Origin: an uncultured virus (IMG/VR IMGVR_UViG_2724679563_000003) | Taxonomy: Duplodnaviria > Heunggongvirae > Uroviricota > Caudoviricetes | Virus record (IMG/VR): IMGVR_UViG_2724679563_000003 | Coordinates: 62,001 to 126,000 of that record | Reading direction: 5' to 3' (one strand) | DNA length: 64,000 nucleotides | Shown: positions 1-8,693 of the stretch, in pieces | Position numbering within the stretch: the stretch's first letter is position 1 | Layout: each line of letters opens with the position of its first letter | The notes under the pieces: generated by a model | Told to the model about the DNA's origin: nothing | Seen by the model: only the letters and a program-made list of their open reading frames with translations | The model's database searches: none | Made by a program: the position numbers and the translations under genes

Positions 1-1
1 A

Positions 2-670
2 TTTAAAGACAATATTGAATATGCTCCAATATTAGGAAATTTATCTAGTAGTGGAGGGGTGTATGACAAGGGGTTGGGGTTTTTTATTGATTCAAATAAA
101 ATTAACGTTATGGTTAGAGATGGATCTCCCTCTTGTTTTAACTTTACATCTTCAAACCCAATAAATGATGGATTATATCATCAAGTAATGTTTACTTGGG
201 ATGGTACAAATGATAATGATACAATAAAATTATTCATAGACGACATGATAAATCCTAATATTACAACCACAATACAACAAAATGAACCGATATATTCTCA
301 AAATTTTATAATTGGAACAAGACCAGTGAAATCATATGGGTTTAAAGGCGAATTAGATGAGATAGAAATATATAATGAAGTTGTAGAATTTGCTGATAAA
401 AGATATTTACTAAAACAAAACAACCATTATTATACTATAAAATCCGACTTTTATAAAAATGGTAATTATGAATCTATTCCAGAATTAGAAGGAAAAGAAA
501 TATTAACTAAAACTGATTTTGAAACTTATGGTATAGATGATTTAAATTTATTAACTAAAAATATCAATACTCAAGACATTAAAGGAACTGATAAGGGGAA
601 TTTGGGTAGTGGTAAGTTATTTGAAATGCCTTTTAATAATGATTTCATGAGTATAAGTGAGGTGAAATAA
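2..670 (+). CDS. LamG/concanavalin A-like domain protein (5'-truncated by window edge), putative adhesin/receptor-binding protein
   Basis: Frame open from base 2; LamG-type motifs 'YHQVMFTWDG', 'FIIG', 'FKGELDEIEIYN'. Confidence 0.8.
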   Translation, partial: FKDNIEYAPILGNLSSSGGVYDKGLGFFIDSNKINVMVRDGSPSCFNFTSSNPINDGLYHQVMFTWDGTNDNDTIKLFIDDMINPNITTTIQQNEPIYSQNFIIGTRPVKSYGFKGELDEIEIYNEVVEFADKRYLLKQNNHYYTIKSDFYKNGNYESIPELEGKEILTKTDFETYGIDDLNLLTKNINTQDIKGTDKGNLGSGKLFEMPFNNDFMSISEVK

Positions 671-672
671 GC

Positions 673-1602
673 ATGGCTAAATATTATCCTAAGAAAGATT
701 ACTCATCAAACTTAGTAGCACAATATGAATTTGAAGATAATGATAATATATGTAGAGATAGCAGTGGAAATGACAATAACGGTACTTATTATGGTACTAC
801 AAAAATTGTTGAAAATGGCAAAACATCTAGAAACTTTAATGGGACTAGTGATTATATACAATTTAATAAAACAATAACTCCTGCAAATGATTTAAGTATA
901 AAGTTTGATATAAAATGTACTGATGTTGAAAGATTTAGTTTTGTATTTACAAATTCATATTCTTCAAGTGATAATGGGGTATTAATACAAATAAAAAACA
1001 ATAAAATTGATTGTATTTTTCTTAATAAATTATGCGAATCTAATAATGGACTAGTAAGTGCAAATTTAAATGAAAATACTTGGAACAGCATTTTAATTAC
1101 GAAAAAAGATAAAGTTATTAAAATGTATAAAAATAATTTAGCAATTCCAATATCAACTAGCGAAGTATTATATGATAATAATCCTTGCGAATATAATTTA
1201 AAAATAGGAGATTATAGTTATGCGCATTATTATTATAAAGGTAATCTATCTAATTTGGAAATATATAATAAAGCTATAGAATTTACAGATAAAAAATATT
1301 TAATTCAGGATAAAAATAATGCCTTATACACACTAAATCAAAATAATTTAGTCCAAGCTCCATCACAAATATTAGATGAAAATAATTTTAATAATAATGG
1401 ATTTACAGATACCGATTTAATAACTAAAGATTTATTACTAAATAAATTTGAAAACTTAGAAGAAATTAAATTACTTGCATATACAGATAATTTAGAAAAG
1501 AATAAATGTGAAATGATTTATAATTGTAAGCCAAATGCTCCGAGAGATAAATTAAAATTAATAGGTAACGGTAAGTTTGATATATTAATGAAAGAATGTT
1601 AA
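673..1602 (+). CDS. LamG/concanavalin A-like domain protein
   Basis: 'LVAQYEFED...DSSGNDNNGT', 'FNGTSDYI', 'YKGNLSNLEIYN'; paralog of its neighbours. Confidence 0.8.
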   Translation: MAKYYPKKDYSSNLVAQYEFEDNDNICRDSSGNDNNGTYYGTTKIVENGKTSRNFNGTSDYIQFNKTITPANDLSIKFDIKCTDVERFSFVFTNSYSSSDNGVLIQIKNNKIDCIFLNKLCESNNGLVSANLNENTWNSILITKKDKVIKMYKNNLAIPISTSEVLYDNNPCEYNLKIGDYSYAHYYYKGNLSNLEIYNKAIEFTDKKYLIQDKNNALYTLNQNNLVQAPSQILDENNFNNNGFTDTDLITKDLLLNKFENLEEIKLLAYTDNLEKNKCEMIYNCKPNAPRDKLKLIGNGKFDILMKEC

Positions 1603-1667
1603 AGAGAACGATATAAAATATTCATTTTAAATAAAATAATTTTAAAGTTTAGATTGGAAGTGATATA

Positions 1668-2678
1668 GTGGCAAAATATATACCTAAAAAAGATTATAGT
1701 CATAACTTAATAGCAAAATATAACTTTGAAGAAACAAGTGGTAATATTTGCATAGATAGTACAGGAAAATATAATGGTGCTTATGTTGGTACAACAAGTA
1801 TTGTTGGAATAGATGGTAATGCTAGAAGTTTTAATGGTGAATCTGATTGTATTAATTTTAATAATTCAATAATACCGTTAGGAAAAAAGAGTGTTAAATT
1901 TAGAATTAGACTTCAAAATAATTTAATGAAAAATCAGAATGTTATTTTTTATGTAGGAAATGATAATTACAAAAATAGTGGAAGCTTACAGTGTTCTTAT
2001 TTAAGGGATGCACAAGAAATAAGGTTTGCGTCTGGGAAACAAGATAGTTCTGGTTCTTGGCAAGTTGTATTCGATCTAAAATACAAGTGTATTTTAACAG
2101 ATAGCAAGTGGCATGATATATTATTAACTTTTGATAATAATATATCCAAAATGTATATTGATGATTTAATAAACCCAGTTGAACAAATGACAAAATTAAC
2201 TGATGAAAATATTTCTTATTATAATAGAAATTTTTCTATAGGTGGATTAGTAGATTCAAAAGAATATTGTTTAAAAGGCTTGTTAGATAATTTTGAAATA
2301 TACAATGAAGTAATAGAGTTTACAAATAAAAAATATCTAATAAATCAAAATGAAAATTATTATTCAATTAATTCTAATTTCCTAAATCTCGGACAGCCTA
2401 TAGATAATACTCAATTAGAAAATTGGTACAATAAATATGGTGCAGATGATGTAAATATAATAACTCAAAATCTAAACAATAAAGAGTTTCCTATGACTAA
2501 AAATGAAAGTGGAATATGGGAAACTGATTTTCAATTAGATATGAATGATGTTGCAGATAATATTGACTTGGTTGATATGGATGAAAACAATAAATCTATT
2601 AAATACAATTGTAATGATTATAGGATAATAGACTTATGTGATGATGAATTTGATATAAGAATGTTAAAAGAAAAATAG
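1668..2678 (+). CDS. LamG/concanavalin A-like domain protein
   Basis: 'LIAKYNFEE...DSTGKYNG', 'WHDILLTFD', 'LKGLLDNFEIYN'; GTG start after GGAAGTG RBS. Confidence 0.8.
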   Translation: MAKYIPKKDYSHNLIAKYNFEETSGNICIDSTGKYNGAYVGTTSIVGIDGNARSFNGESDCINFNNSIIPLGKKSVKFRIRLQNNLMKNQNVIFYVGNDNYKNSGSLQCSYLRDAQEIRFASGKQDSSGSWQVVFDLKYKCILTDSKWHDILLTFDNNISKMYIDDLINPVEQMTKLTDENISYYNRNFSIGGLVDSKEYCLKGLLDNFEIYNEVIEFTNKKYLINQNENYYSINSNFLNLGQPIDNTQLENWYNKYGADDVNIITQNLNNKEFPMTKNESGIWETDFQLDMNDVADNIDLVDMDENNKSIKYNCNDYRIIDLCDDEFDIRMLKEK

Positions 2679-2703
2679 AGAAGGATTAAACTAACTCCTT
2701 CTC
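2678..2703 (+). terminator. Probable terminator hairpin after LamG cluster
   Basis: GAGAAGGA...TCCTTCTC inverted repeat right after the stop codon. Confidence 0.5.
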
Positions 2704-2926
2704 TTATAAAATGAATAGGGATAAAATAGCTAATATTTATAATAATGTTACTCATATGTTAACATAAATTATAAAATATGTAAACCTTTCTTATTTAGTT
2801 TAAGTTGGCTGTAGAATTTAACTATAGTATAAAAGGTAGCCTATTTGTTTTTTAATTTCAAAAATTTCAGTAGAATCTATGCAAATAATTTGATAAATAT
2901 GATAAGCTTTTTATTGATAATAATTA

Positions 2927-2974
2927 TTATATATCCATTTATGGTTTTATATATAACTTTAAATGGATATATAA
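2927..2974. repeat. Perfect 15-bp inverted repeat with 18-bp spacer upstream of recombinase 1
   Basis: TTATATATCCATTTA (2927-2941) / TAAATGGATATATAA (2960-2974). Confidence 0.85.
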
Positions 2975-2999
2975 ATAAAGAATTAATATAATTTAATAT

Positions 3000-3031
3000 T
3001 TTCTTCCCATAAGAATAGTTATGGGAAGAAA
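3000..3031. other. dif/lox-like palindromic site (13-6-13), putative tyrosine recombinase crossover site
   Basis: TTTCTTCCCATAA-GAATAG-TTATGGGAAGAAA; ATAA-N6-TTAT core as in Xer dif sites; 47 bp before a tyrosine recombinase gene. Confidence 0.7.
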
Positions 3032-3078
3032 TTGCTAAAAAAATCATAATATATTATAATATTCTTGAGGTGTAATAT

Positions 3079-3891
3079 ATGAATGAAAACATAAGCCATT
3101 TTCAAGAATATTTAGTTAAAAATAAAAAAGATTTAAAAACAATTGAATCCTATACTACAGATGTTGTGTTGTTTTTCCAATATATAAAAAAGCCCATTGA
3201 AAATATTGATGACTTAGATATTGAAAAATATAAAAACTTTCTTTTTAATAAGGGATATAAGGTTTCATCTATTAATAGAAAAATGGTTGCTTTAAATATA
3301 TTTATGAAATTTTGTGATAAGAATATAAATATAAGCCAAGAAAAAGTTCAAGTCCAAAATTTCTTAGATAATGTATTAGAAGGTGATGAACTTCTCAAAA
3401 TTGTTAAACAAGCAGAATTAAATCAAGATTATAGAGCTAAAACTTTACTTTTAACAATGTATTATACTGGAATGAGGATCAGTGAATGTCTCCAATTAAC
3501 AGTTTATGATATTAACAAAGATACAATTATTATTAAAGGTAAAGGAAGAAAATATAGAAATGTATTTATTCCAAATAAACTAAAATTAATATGGAAAGAG
3601 TATATGAATTATAGAATTAAAAAAGGAGACAAGCTATTTACTGGCATACGAGGTGGTATAACAAGAAGATATGCAAATGATATTTTTAAAAAATATGCAC
3701 TATTAGCAGGAATAGATAAGGAAAAAGCACATAATCATAATCTCAGACATTTATATTGTAGAAAAATGATTTCTAAAAACATAGATATAGCTACGCTAGC
3801 TGATCTGGTTGGACATTCAGACATCAATGTTACAAGGAAATATTTGGTTAAATCTAAAAAAGAATTGTTAGATATTATTAATGAATTATAA
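3079..3891 (+). CDS. Tyrosine recombinase (XerC/D-like)
   Basis: SAM-like N-terminus; catalytic motifs 'TGMRISE', 'KGKG', 'HNLRH', 'LVGHSDINVTRKY'. Confidence 0.93.
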   Translation: MNENISHFQEYLVKNKKDLKTIESYTTDVVLFFQYIKKPIENIDDLDIEKYKNFLFNKGYKVSSINRKMVALNIFMKFCDKNINISQEKVQVQNFLDNVLEGDELLKIVKQAELNQDYRAKTLLLTMYYTGMRISECLQLTVYDINKDTIIIKGKGRKYRNVFIPNKLKLIWKEYMNYRIKKGDKLFTGIRGGITRRYANDIFKKYALLAGIDKEKAHNHNLRHLYCRKMISKNIDIATLADLVGHSDINVTRKYLVKSKKELLDIINEL

Positions 3892-3918
3892 GTTAGTTTT
3901 ATACTAGCTTATTTTTTT
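3888..3918 (+). terminator. Rho-independent terminator
   Basis: ATAAGTTAGT...ACTAGCTTAT stem followed by T-run. Confidence 0.65.
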
Positions 3919-3949
3919 ATATATTTTTTAAGAAAAGTGGTGATAAAAA

Positions 3950-4147
3950 ATGAGATATTACTTGTGTTTTTCATGGAAACAGAAAGAGTTTCTAAAAGAA
4001 CATGATTTTAAATATGAATCTAAAGCTAGGCACATTGGAAACGGAAAAGTTTTTTACTTCTATTTTTGGAGCTATCGATTAGATTTATGTCTAAGAGAAT
4101 ATAGTGAGATCAAAAGAATTGAATTAGATTTAAAAAAGAGATTTTAG
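3950..4147 (+). CDS. Small hypothetical protein (DUF5659-like), paralog of next ORF
   Basis: 'YYLCFSWKQKEFLK...Y...RH' shared with 4205..4390. Confidence 0.65.
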   Translation: MRYYLCFSWKQKEFLKEHDFKYESKARHIGNGKVFYFYFWSYRLDLCLREYSEIKRIELDLKKRF

Positions 4148-4204
4148 CTTTATCAGATTTTATATAAAATAATTTGACAATATATATTTAAAGGAGATTT
4201 TTAA

Positions 4205-4390
4205 ATGGACATTAGATATTACCCTTGTTTTAGTGGTAAACAAAAAGATTTTTTAAAGAGTAAAGGAATAAATTATTTAATTAAATGTAGGCATTTTGAA
4301 AGTGATAATAAAATGTGGATATTTATATTTGATGAAAATAGGAAATTAGAAAATGCTTTAGAAGAATGGACTAAGAATAGACCTGGTTAA
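4205..4390 (+). CDS. Small hypothetical protein (DUF5659-like)
   Basis: AAGGAG RBS; 'YYPCFSGKQKDFLK...Y...RH...LENALEEW'. Confidence 0.7.
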   Translation: MDIRYYPCFSGKQKDFLKSKGINYLIKCRHFESDNKMWIFIFDENRKLENALEEWTKNRPG

Positions 4391-4410
4391 TTTTAGGTCT
4401 ATTTTATTTT
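4376..4410 (+). terminator. Terminator-like hairpin
   Basis: AATAGACCT...AGGTCTATT followed by T-rich tract. Confidence 0.55.
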
Positions 4411-4467
4411 GTAAAATTTATAAATGTTTTTTAGAGAAATTAAAAGTTTATTGAGGAGGAATTTAAT

Positions 4468-6057
4468 ATGGGAAAGAAAAATAAAAAGTATACAATTGAA
4501 GAAGTAAAAGACTTTACCAAAGATAAAGGTTATGAGGTATTAGATAAGAAGTACATTAATATAAAAACTAAAATGGAATTTAAGTGTATAAAATGTGGAC
4601 ATATCATAATTAAAAGTTTTGATAATTTTAAGAATAACAAAAATAATTGTCCAAACTGTAAATTAAAAAAATCAAACAAATTAAATAAACCAAAAAGCCA
4701 AACAATTTACACTACTGAAAAAATAAAAGAATTTGTAGATAAAAATAATATAGAATTAATAAATATAATAAAAGGAAATGGTGTATTTTCTAAAGTCTTA
4801 TTAAAATGCAAAGAGTGTAATCATGAATTTTCAAGAATGTTTTATGTTTTTAAAGACAATCCTACATGCCCAAACTGTAGAGAAAATCCAAGACGAGCTA
4901 AATATGAAGACATTAAACAATTTGTAGAAGTAAATTCTAAAAGTGGTTGTAAATTTTTAGAAACAAAAGAAGGTTATAAAGAAAAATGTTTAAAACAGCC
5001 TAAAATGACATTATGTAAATTAAAATTTCAATGCAAATGTGGTAATGAATTTGAAATAAGTTTTAATACTTTTAAAAGTGGAAATAAAAGAAGGTGTAAT
5101 AAGTGTTCATATGAAGCTACAGGTGTTGGTAGAAAATATACTTATGAAGAAATAAAAAATTATATTGAAGTAGAAAGTGGCAGTGGTTGTAAACTGCTAA
5201 GTACAACCTATGAAGATAACCATAAGCCATTACATTTAGAATGTTCATGTGGTAATGACTTTTATAGAGCGTTAGCAGAATTTAAATATGGCTTATTTAA
5301 GTGTAAAAAATGTACAGGTGCAACAATAAAATATACATATGAAGAAGTTTATAATGATTTAAAAGAACATAATATAGAACTATTATCAAAAGAATATATC
5401 AACTATTCTACAAAAATGAAGATTAGATATATTTGTGGATTTGAGGTAGATAGGAATTATTATAATATTAAAAAATCTGACTATAAATGTCCTCATTGTA
5501 ATAAAAAAGGATATAGTCGAGATACAGAACAATTATTTAAAGAAATTGATGAAATAACAAATGGAGAATATGAGCTACTTAGCGAATACAAAACTATGAA
5601 TGATAAGGTATTAATAAAACATAATAAATGTGATAATACATACGAAGTTACACCTCATAATTTTCTTGATAGTGGAAACAGATGTCCAATTTGTGGAGTT
5701 TCTCATCATGAGTTATATATCAATGATTATTTAATAAAAAATAACATACCTTTTATATCTCAATATGAATTTGATAGATTAATAGGCTTGGGTGGTGGCA
5801 ATTTGAAATTTGATTTTGCTATATTTAATGATAAAGAAAGAACTAATTTAAATTGTTTAATCGAATATGATGGAGAATTTCATTATTTCCCTATTATAAA
5901 TGATAAACAATTGAAAAAACAACAAATACATGACAAAAGAAAAAATAAATACTGTAAAGATAATAATATAAAATTAATCAGAATTCCTTATTGGGAGAGT
6001 GAAAATATAGATAATATATTAAATAAAGAATTAAATATAAAACAATATGACAATTAA
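4468..6057 (+). CDS. Multi-Zn-ribbon protein with C-terminal Vsr/DUF559-like PD-(D/E)XK nuclease (free-standing homing-endonuclease-like)
   Basis: About six repeated units with CxxC...CPxC; C-terminal 'LKFDFAI...IEYDGEFHY...DKRKNKYC...LIRIPYW'. Confidence 0.8.
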   Translation: MGKKNKKYTIEEVKDFTKDKGYEVLDKKYINIKTKMEFKCIKCGHIIIKSFDNFKNNKNNCPNCKLKKSNKLNKPKSQTIYTTEKIKEFVDKNNIELINIIKGNGVFSKVLLKCKECNHEFSRMFYVFKDNPTCPNCRENPRRAKYEDIKQFVEVNSKSGCKFLETKEGYKEKCLKQPKMTLCKLKFQCKCGNEFEISFNTFKSGNKRRCNKCSYEATGVGRKYTYEEIKNYIEVESGSGCKLLSTTYEDNHKPLHLECSCGNDFYRALAEFKYGLFKCKKCTGATIKYTYEEVYNDLKEHNIELLSKEYINYSTKMKIRYICGFEVDRNYYNIKKSDYKCPHCNKKGYSRDTEQLFKEIDEITNGEYELLSEYKTMNDKVLIKHNKCDNTYEVTPHNFLDSGNRCPICGVSHHELYINDYLIKNNIPFISQYEFDRLIGLGGGNLKFDFAIFNDKERTNLNCLIEYDGEFHYFPIINDKQLKKQQIHDKRKNKYCKDNNIKLIRIPYWESENIDNILNKELNIKQYDN

Positions 6058-6082
6058 ATTTTAAAAGGAAGAAGATGATAAT

Positions 6083-7042
6083 ATGGCTAATGAATTAAAA
6101 AGGAGTAAAAGAATTATAATTGGCGATGATAATATTCAAAATGAAATAAATACCGAAAATTTAAAGCTGCTTAAAAAATATGAAAGAGATATGCAAATGA
6201 GAGAACTAAGTAATAAGTCTATTTATTCTTATAAATGTGATTTAATGGCATGGATGAGATATTTAGTTATCAATCAATTTAACCCAGTTGCAACAGAATT
6301 AAATGAAGATGATATAGAAGAATTTATATTTTATTGCAAAGAACAAGGTAATAACACAGAAAGAATTAAAAGAAGAATGGCTAGTTTAAGTGCTTTTTAT
6401 AAGTTTTTAAGAAGAAAAAGAATAATAAAAGAAAATCCTATGGAGTTCATTCCTAGACCAAAAAAGGGATTACCTGTTGTTGTACAAACCTTTTTAACTA
6501 AAGAACAGTATCAATTAATGAAGAAAAAATTAGAGAAACAAGATGATTTTCAATTAAGAGTATATGCTTCGTTTTCAATTTCAACTATGGCTAGGGTCAA
6601 TGCAATAAGCAATGTCACTTGGTCTCAAATAGATTTTGATAATAGAACTGTAGATGATGTCTTGGAAAAGGAAGGCAAGATTGTAACATTATACTTCTCA
6701 AAAGAAGTTAAAGAATTATTATTACAACTAAAAAAAGAAAGAGAAGAAAAAGATATAGATAGTAGTTATGTTTTTGTTACAAAATATAATGGAAAAATAG
6801 ACAAAGTAGATACTAATACATTAACTAGATGGGCTAAAAAAATTGGAGAAATGATTGATGTTCCAACATTACATCCTCATGATTTTCGTCATTCAGGAAG
6901 CCAGCTCTTAATGTTATCTGGAATGCCTATAGAGACTATTTCAAATTTATTATCCCATTCAGGATTGGATGTCACAAAAAATCATTATTTAAAACAAGAT
7001 AAAAGAAAAATGCAAAAAGAAAAAGATAAATTTGAAATCTAA
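6083..7042 (+). CDS. Tyrosine recombinase/integrase
   Basis: 'STMARVNA' (R), 'EKEGK', 'HPHDFRH', 'LLSHSGLDVTKNHY'; SAM-like N-domain 'RRMASLSAFYKFL'. Confidence 0.92.
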   Translation: MANELKRSKRIIIGDDNIQNEINTENLKLLKKYERDMQMRELSNKSIYSYKCDLMAWMRYLVINQFNPVATELNEDDIEEFIFYCKEQGNNTERIKRRMASLSAFYKFLRRKRIIKENPMEFIPRPKKGLPVVVQTFLTKEQYQLMKKKLEKQDDFQLRVYASFSISTMARVNAISNVTWSQIDFDNRTVDDVLEKEGKIVTLYFSKEVKELLLQLKKEREEKDIDSSYVFVTKYNGKIDKVDTNTLTRWAKKIGEMIDVPTLHPHDFRHSGSQLLMLSGMPIETISNLLSHSGLDVTKNHYLKQDKRKMQKEKDKFEI

Positions 7043-7091
7043 TATAAAATAATTTTAAAATCATATTCTTAATACATATAAACAAAAGAGG

Positions 7092-7310
7092 GTGAACTTC
7101 ATGAACAATAAGGAAATAAACATTGAGAAAAATAATCTTTCTAATACCCATATAACTAAAACTCAAGTTATGCAAATACTATACAAAGATTTACAAGACA
7201 CACATACAGAATTCCATAATACACATACTTTTGATTTCTCAAAAGGTTATATAAAAGGAAAAGAAGATACTATAAGAAAAATAGAATTATTGTTGCAACT
7301 ATTAGATTAA
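7092..7310 (+). CDS. Hypothetical protein
   Basis: ORF with GAGGGTG RBS before ATG at 7101. Confidence 0.6.
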   Translation: MNFMNNKEINIEKNNLSNTHITKTQVMQILYKDLQDTHTEFHNTHTFDFSKGYIKGKEDTIRKIELLLQLLD

Positions 7311-7444
7311 ACCAAATTATTATATACTTAATAAAAATAAATTAAATAATACCAAAACTATAAGGAAGGATATAATCAATGGGGTTGAAAATACTACCTT
7401 CATAGTTTTGGTATTACAATCATATTTATTCAATATTTTATTTA

Positions 7445-7473
7445 ATTATATAATAATTTTCCTCATATGTCAA
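7445..7473 (-). promoter_or_regulatory. Consensus sigma-A promoter firing leftward into a non-coding hairpin region
   Basis: TTGACA-17 bp-TATAAT on - strand. Confidence 0.7.
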
Positions 7474-7503
7474 ACGTTTATTCGATAGTTATTTGAAAAA
7501 TTT

Positions 7504-7547
7504 TAGGGTTAATAGTCTATTAATTAGATTATTAACCCTATTTTTTT
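7504..7547. terminator. Terminator at the convergence of the + and - gene blocks
   Basis: TAGGGTTAATA...TATTAACCCTA stem plus T7. Confidence 0.75.
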
Positions 7548-7587
7548 ACTTTTTATTAAATTACAAACATTACTTACACTTAGTATA

Positions 7588-7839
7588 CTATAGTAATTCT
7601 ACATCTGCTATATAGCTTGTTCCTATATTGTGATATTTTTCATTGTCAAGTAACAAACATAGCATATCATCTTCCTCTACATCTTTACCTAGTTCCATTG
7701 GCAATACTTTACCCACAATTACATTCCCATCAATATCTGTAACCCTTATTCTATCTCCAAAATCAATATACATATCAAATCCACTCATATTATTTTCTTT
7801 TGTTACTCTTATACATGGCATAATACTTGTAACTATCAT
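7588..7839 (-). CDS. Hypothetical protein
   Basis: ORF with GGAGTG RBS; acidic SH3/Sm-like composition. Confidence 0.6.
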   Translation of the reverse strand: MIVTSIMPCIRVTKENNMSGFDMYIDFGDRIRVTDIDGNVIVGKVLPMELGKDVEEDDMLCLLLDNEKYHNIGTSYIADVELL

Positions 7840-8002
7840 TTATTTTCTTTCACTCCATTCTCTATATTTTACATATGTAATGTTTATTTAATTATACCAT
7901 ATATTTCTCATGTTCTATTTTTGTATTAATGATATCTCCAACATTGTATTTATATTTTATTACTTTACTATTATGATTGTAAGTTGTTTTTTTGAATATT
8001 CT

Positions 8003-8671
8003 TTATAAGTATCTCCTTTTATTTATTTTTTTAAAATTTTCAATATGTACTTTCATTTTTTCATAAACATCCTTTATGTCATCATTAAAGGTTGATATTC
8101 GTATTTCTGTACGAGGATGTTTTTTATCATGGTCTAAAGTTATGAATAAAGGATTTATATGTCTATAATTGTCATCAATATACATCTTACTTTTTACAAA
8201 TAGACCATCATTTAGGAATTTTATTCCGCCACTCTGATTGTCATTATCTTTCTTTGCTTGAGTTTCACTAAAAACCTTATATTCTACTAAAGAATTAGAA
8301 ATTTTTAAGTTGTCTAAATTATATTTTTTAGCAATCCAAACACCTAAATTTCCCCACTTATCTTTTTTGTCATTCATAGTCATACGGTTGTTTATTGTTA
8401 ATACCTCATTTAAACTCATTGCTCCATATATACAGTCATTTATAGTATATTTTTTTATACTAATTGCTTGTTTTTTCGTTTTTTGTTTTCCTCCTTTTGT
8501 TAATTGTGGAGTTCCATCTTTATTGAATAATTTAACTGTTTCCAATCTTGCAAAAGGTAGAGTTCTTGCAGTAGGATGTTTTTTTAAATAGTATTGGTGA
8601 TATTCATGTATTAACTCTCTATCAATTGTTATTAAATATGTATCTTTTATTGTTTTACTAATATAAATCAC
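8003..8671 (-). CDS. RusA-like Holliday junction resolvase
   Basis: 'KKDNDNQSGGIKFLNDGL...IDDNYRHI...PRTEIRI' matches the RusA D-x-DN..K...D...DD pattern. Confidence 0.7.
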   Translation of the reverse strand: MIYISKTIKDTYLITIDRELIHEYHQYYLKKHPTARTLPFARLETVKLFNKDGTPQLTKGGKQKTKKQAISIKKYTINDCIYGAMSLNEVLTINNRMTMNDKKDKWGNLGVWIAKKYNLDNLKISNSLVEYKVFSETQAKKDNDNQSGGIKFLNDGLFVKSKMYIDDNYRHINPLFITLDHDKKHPRTEIRISTFNDDIKDVYEKMKVHIENFKKINKRRYL

Positions 8672-8693
8672 TCCCTAATTGTATTTTAATAAA

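Noticed and set aside
2..3891. Invertible shufflon of LamG genes driven by recombinase 1
   Set aside because: All LamG ORFs are in the same orientation with their own starts, and no inverted crossover repeats were found between them.
3079..7042. One of the recombinases being a catalytically dead MrpR-like repressor of box A
   Set aside because: Both retain the full catalytic residue set; the box-A binder cannot be assigned from this window.
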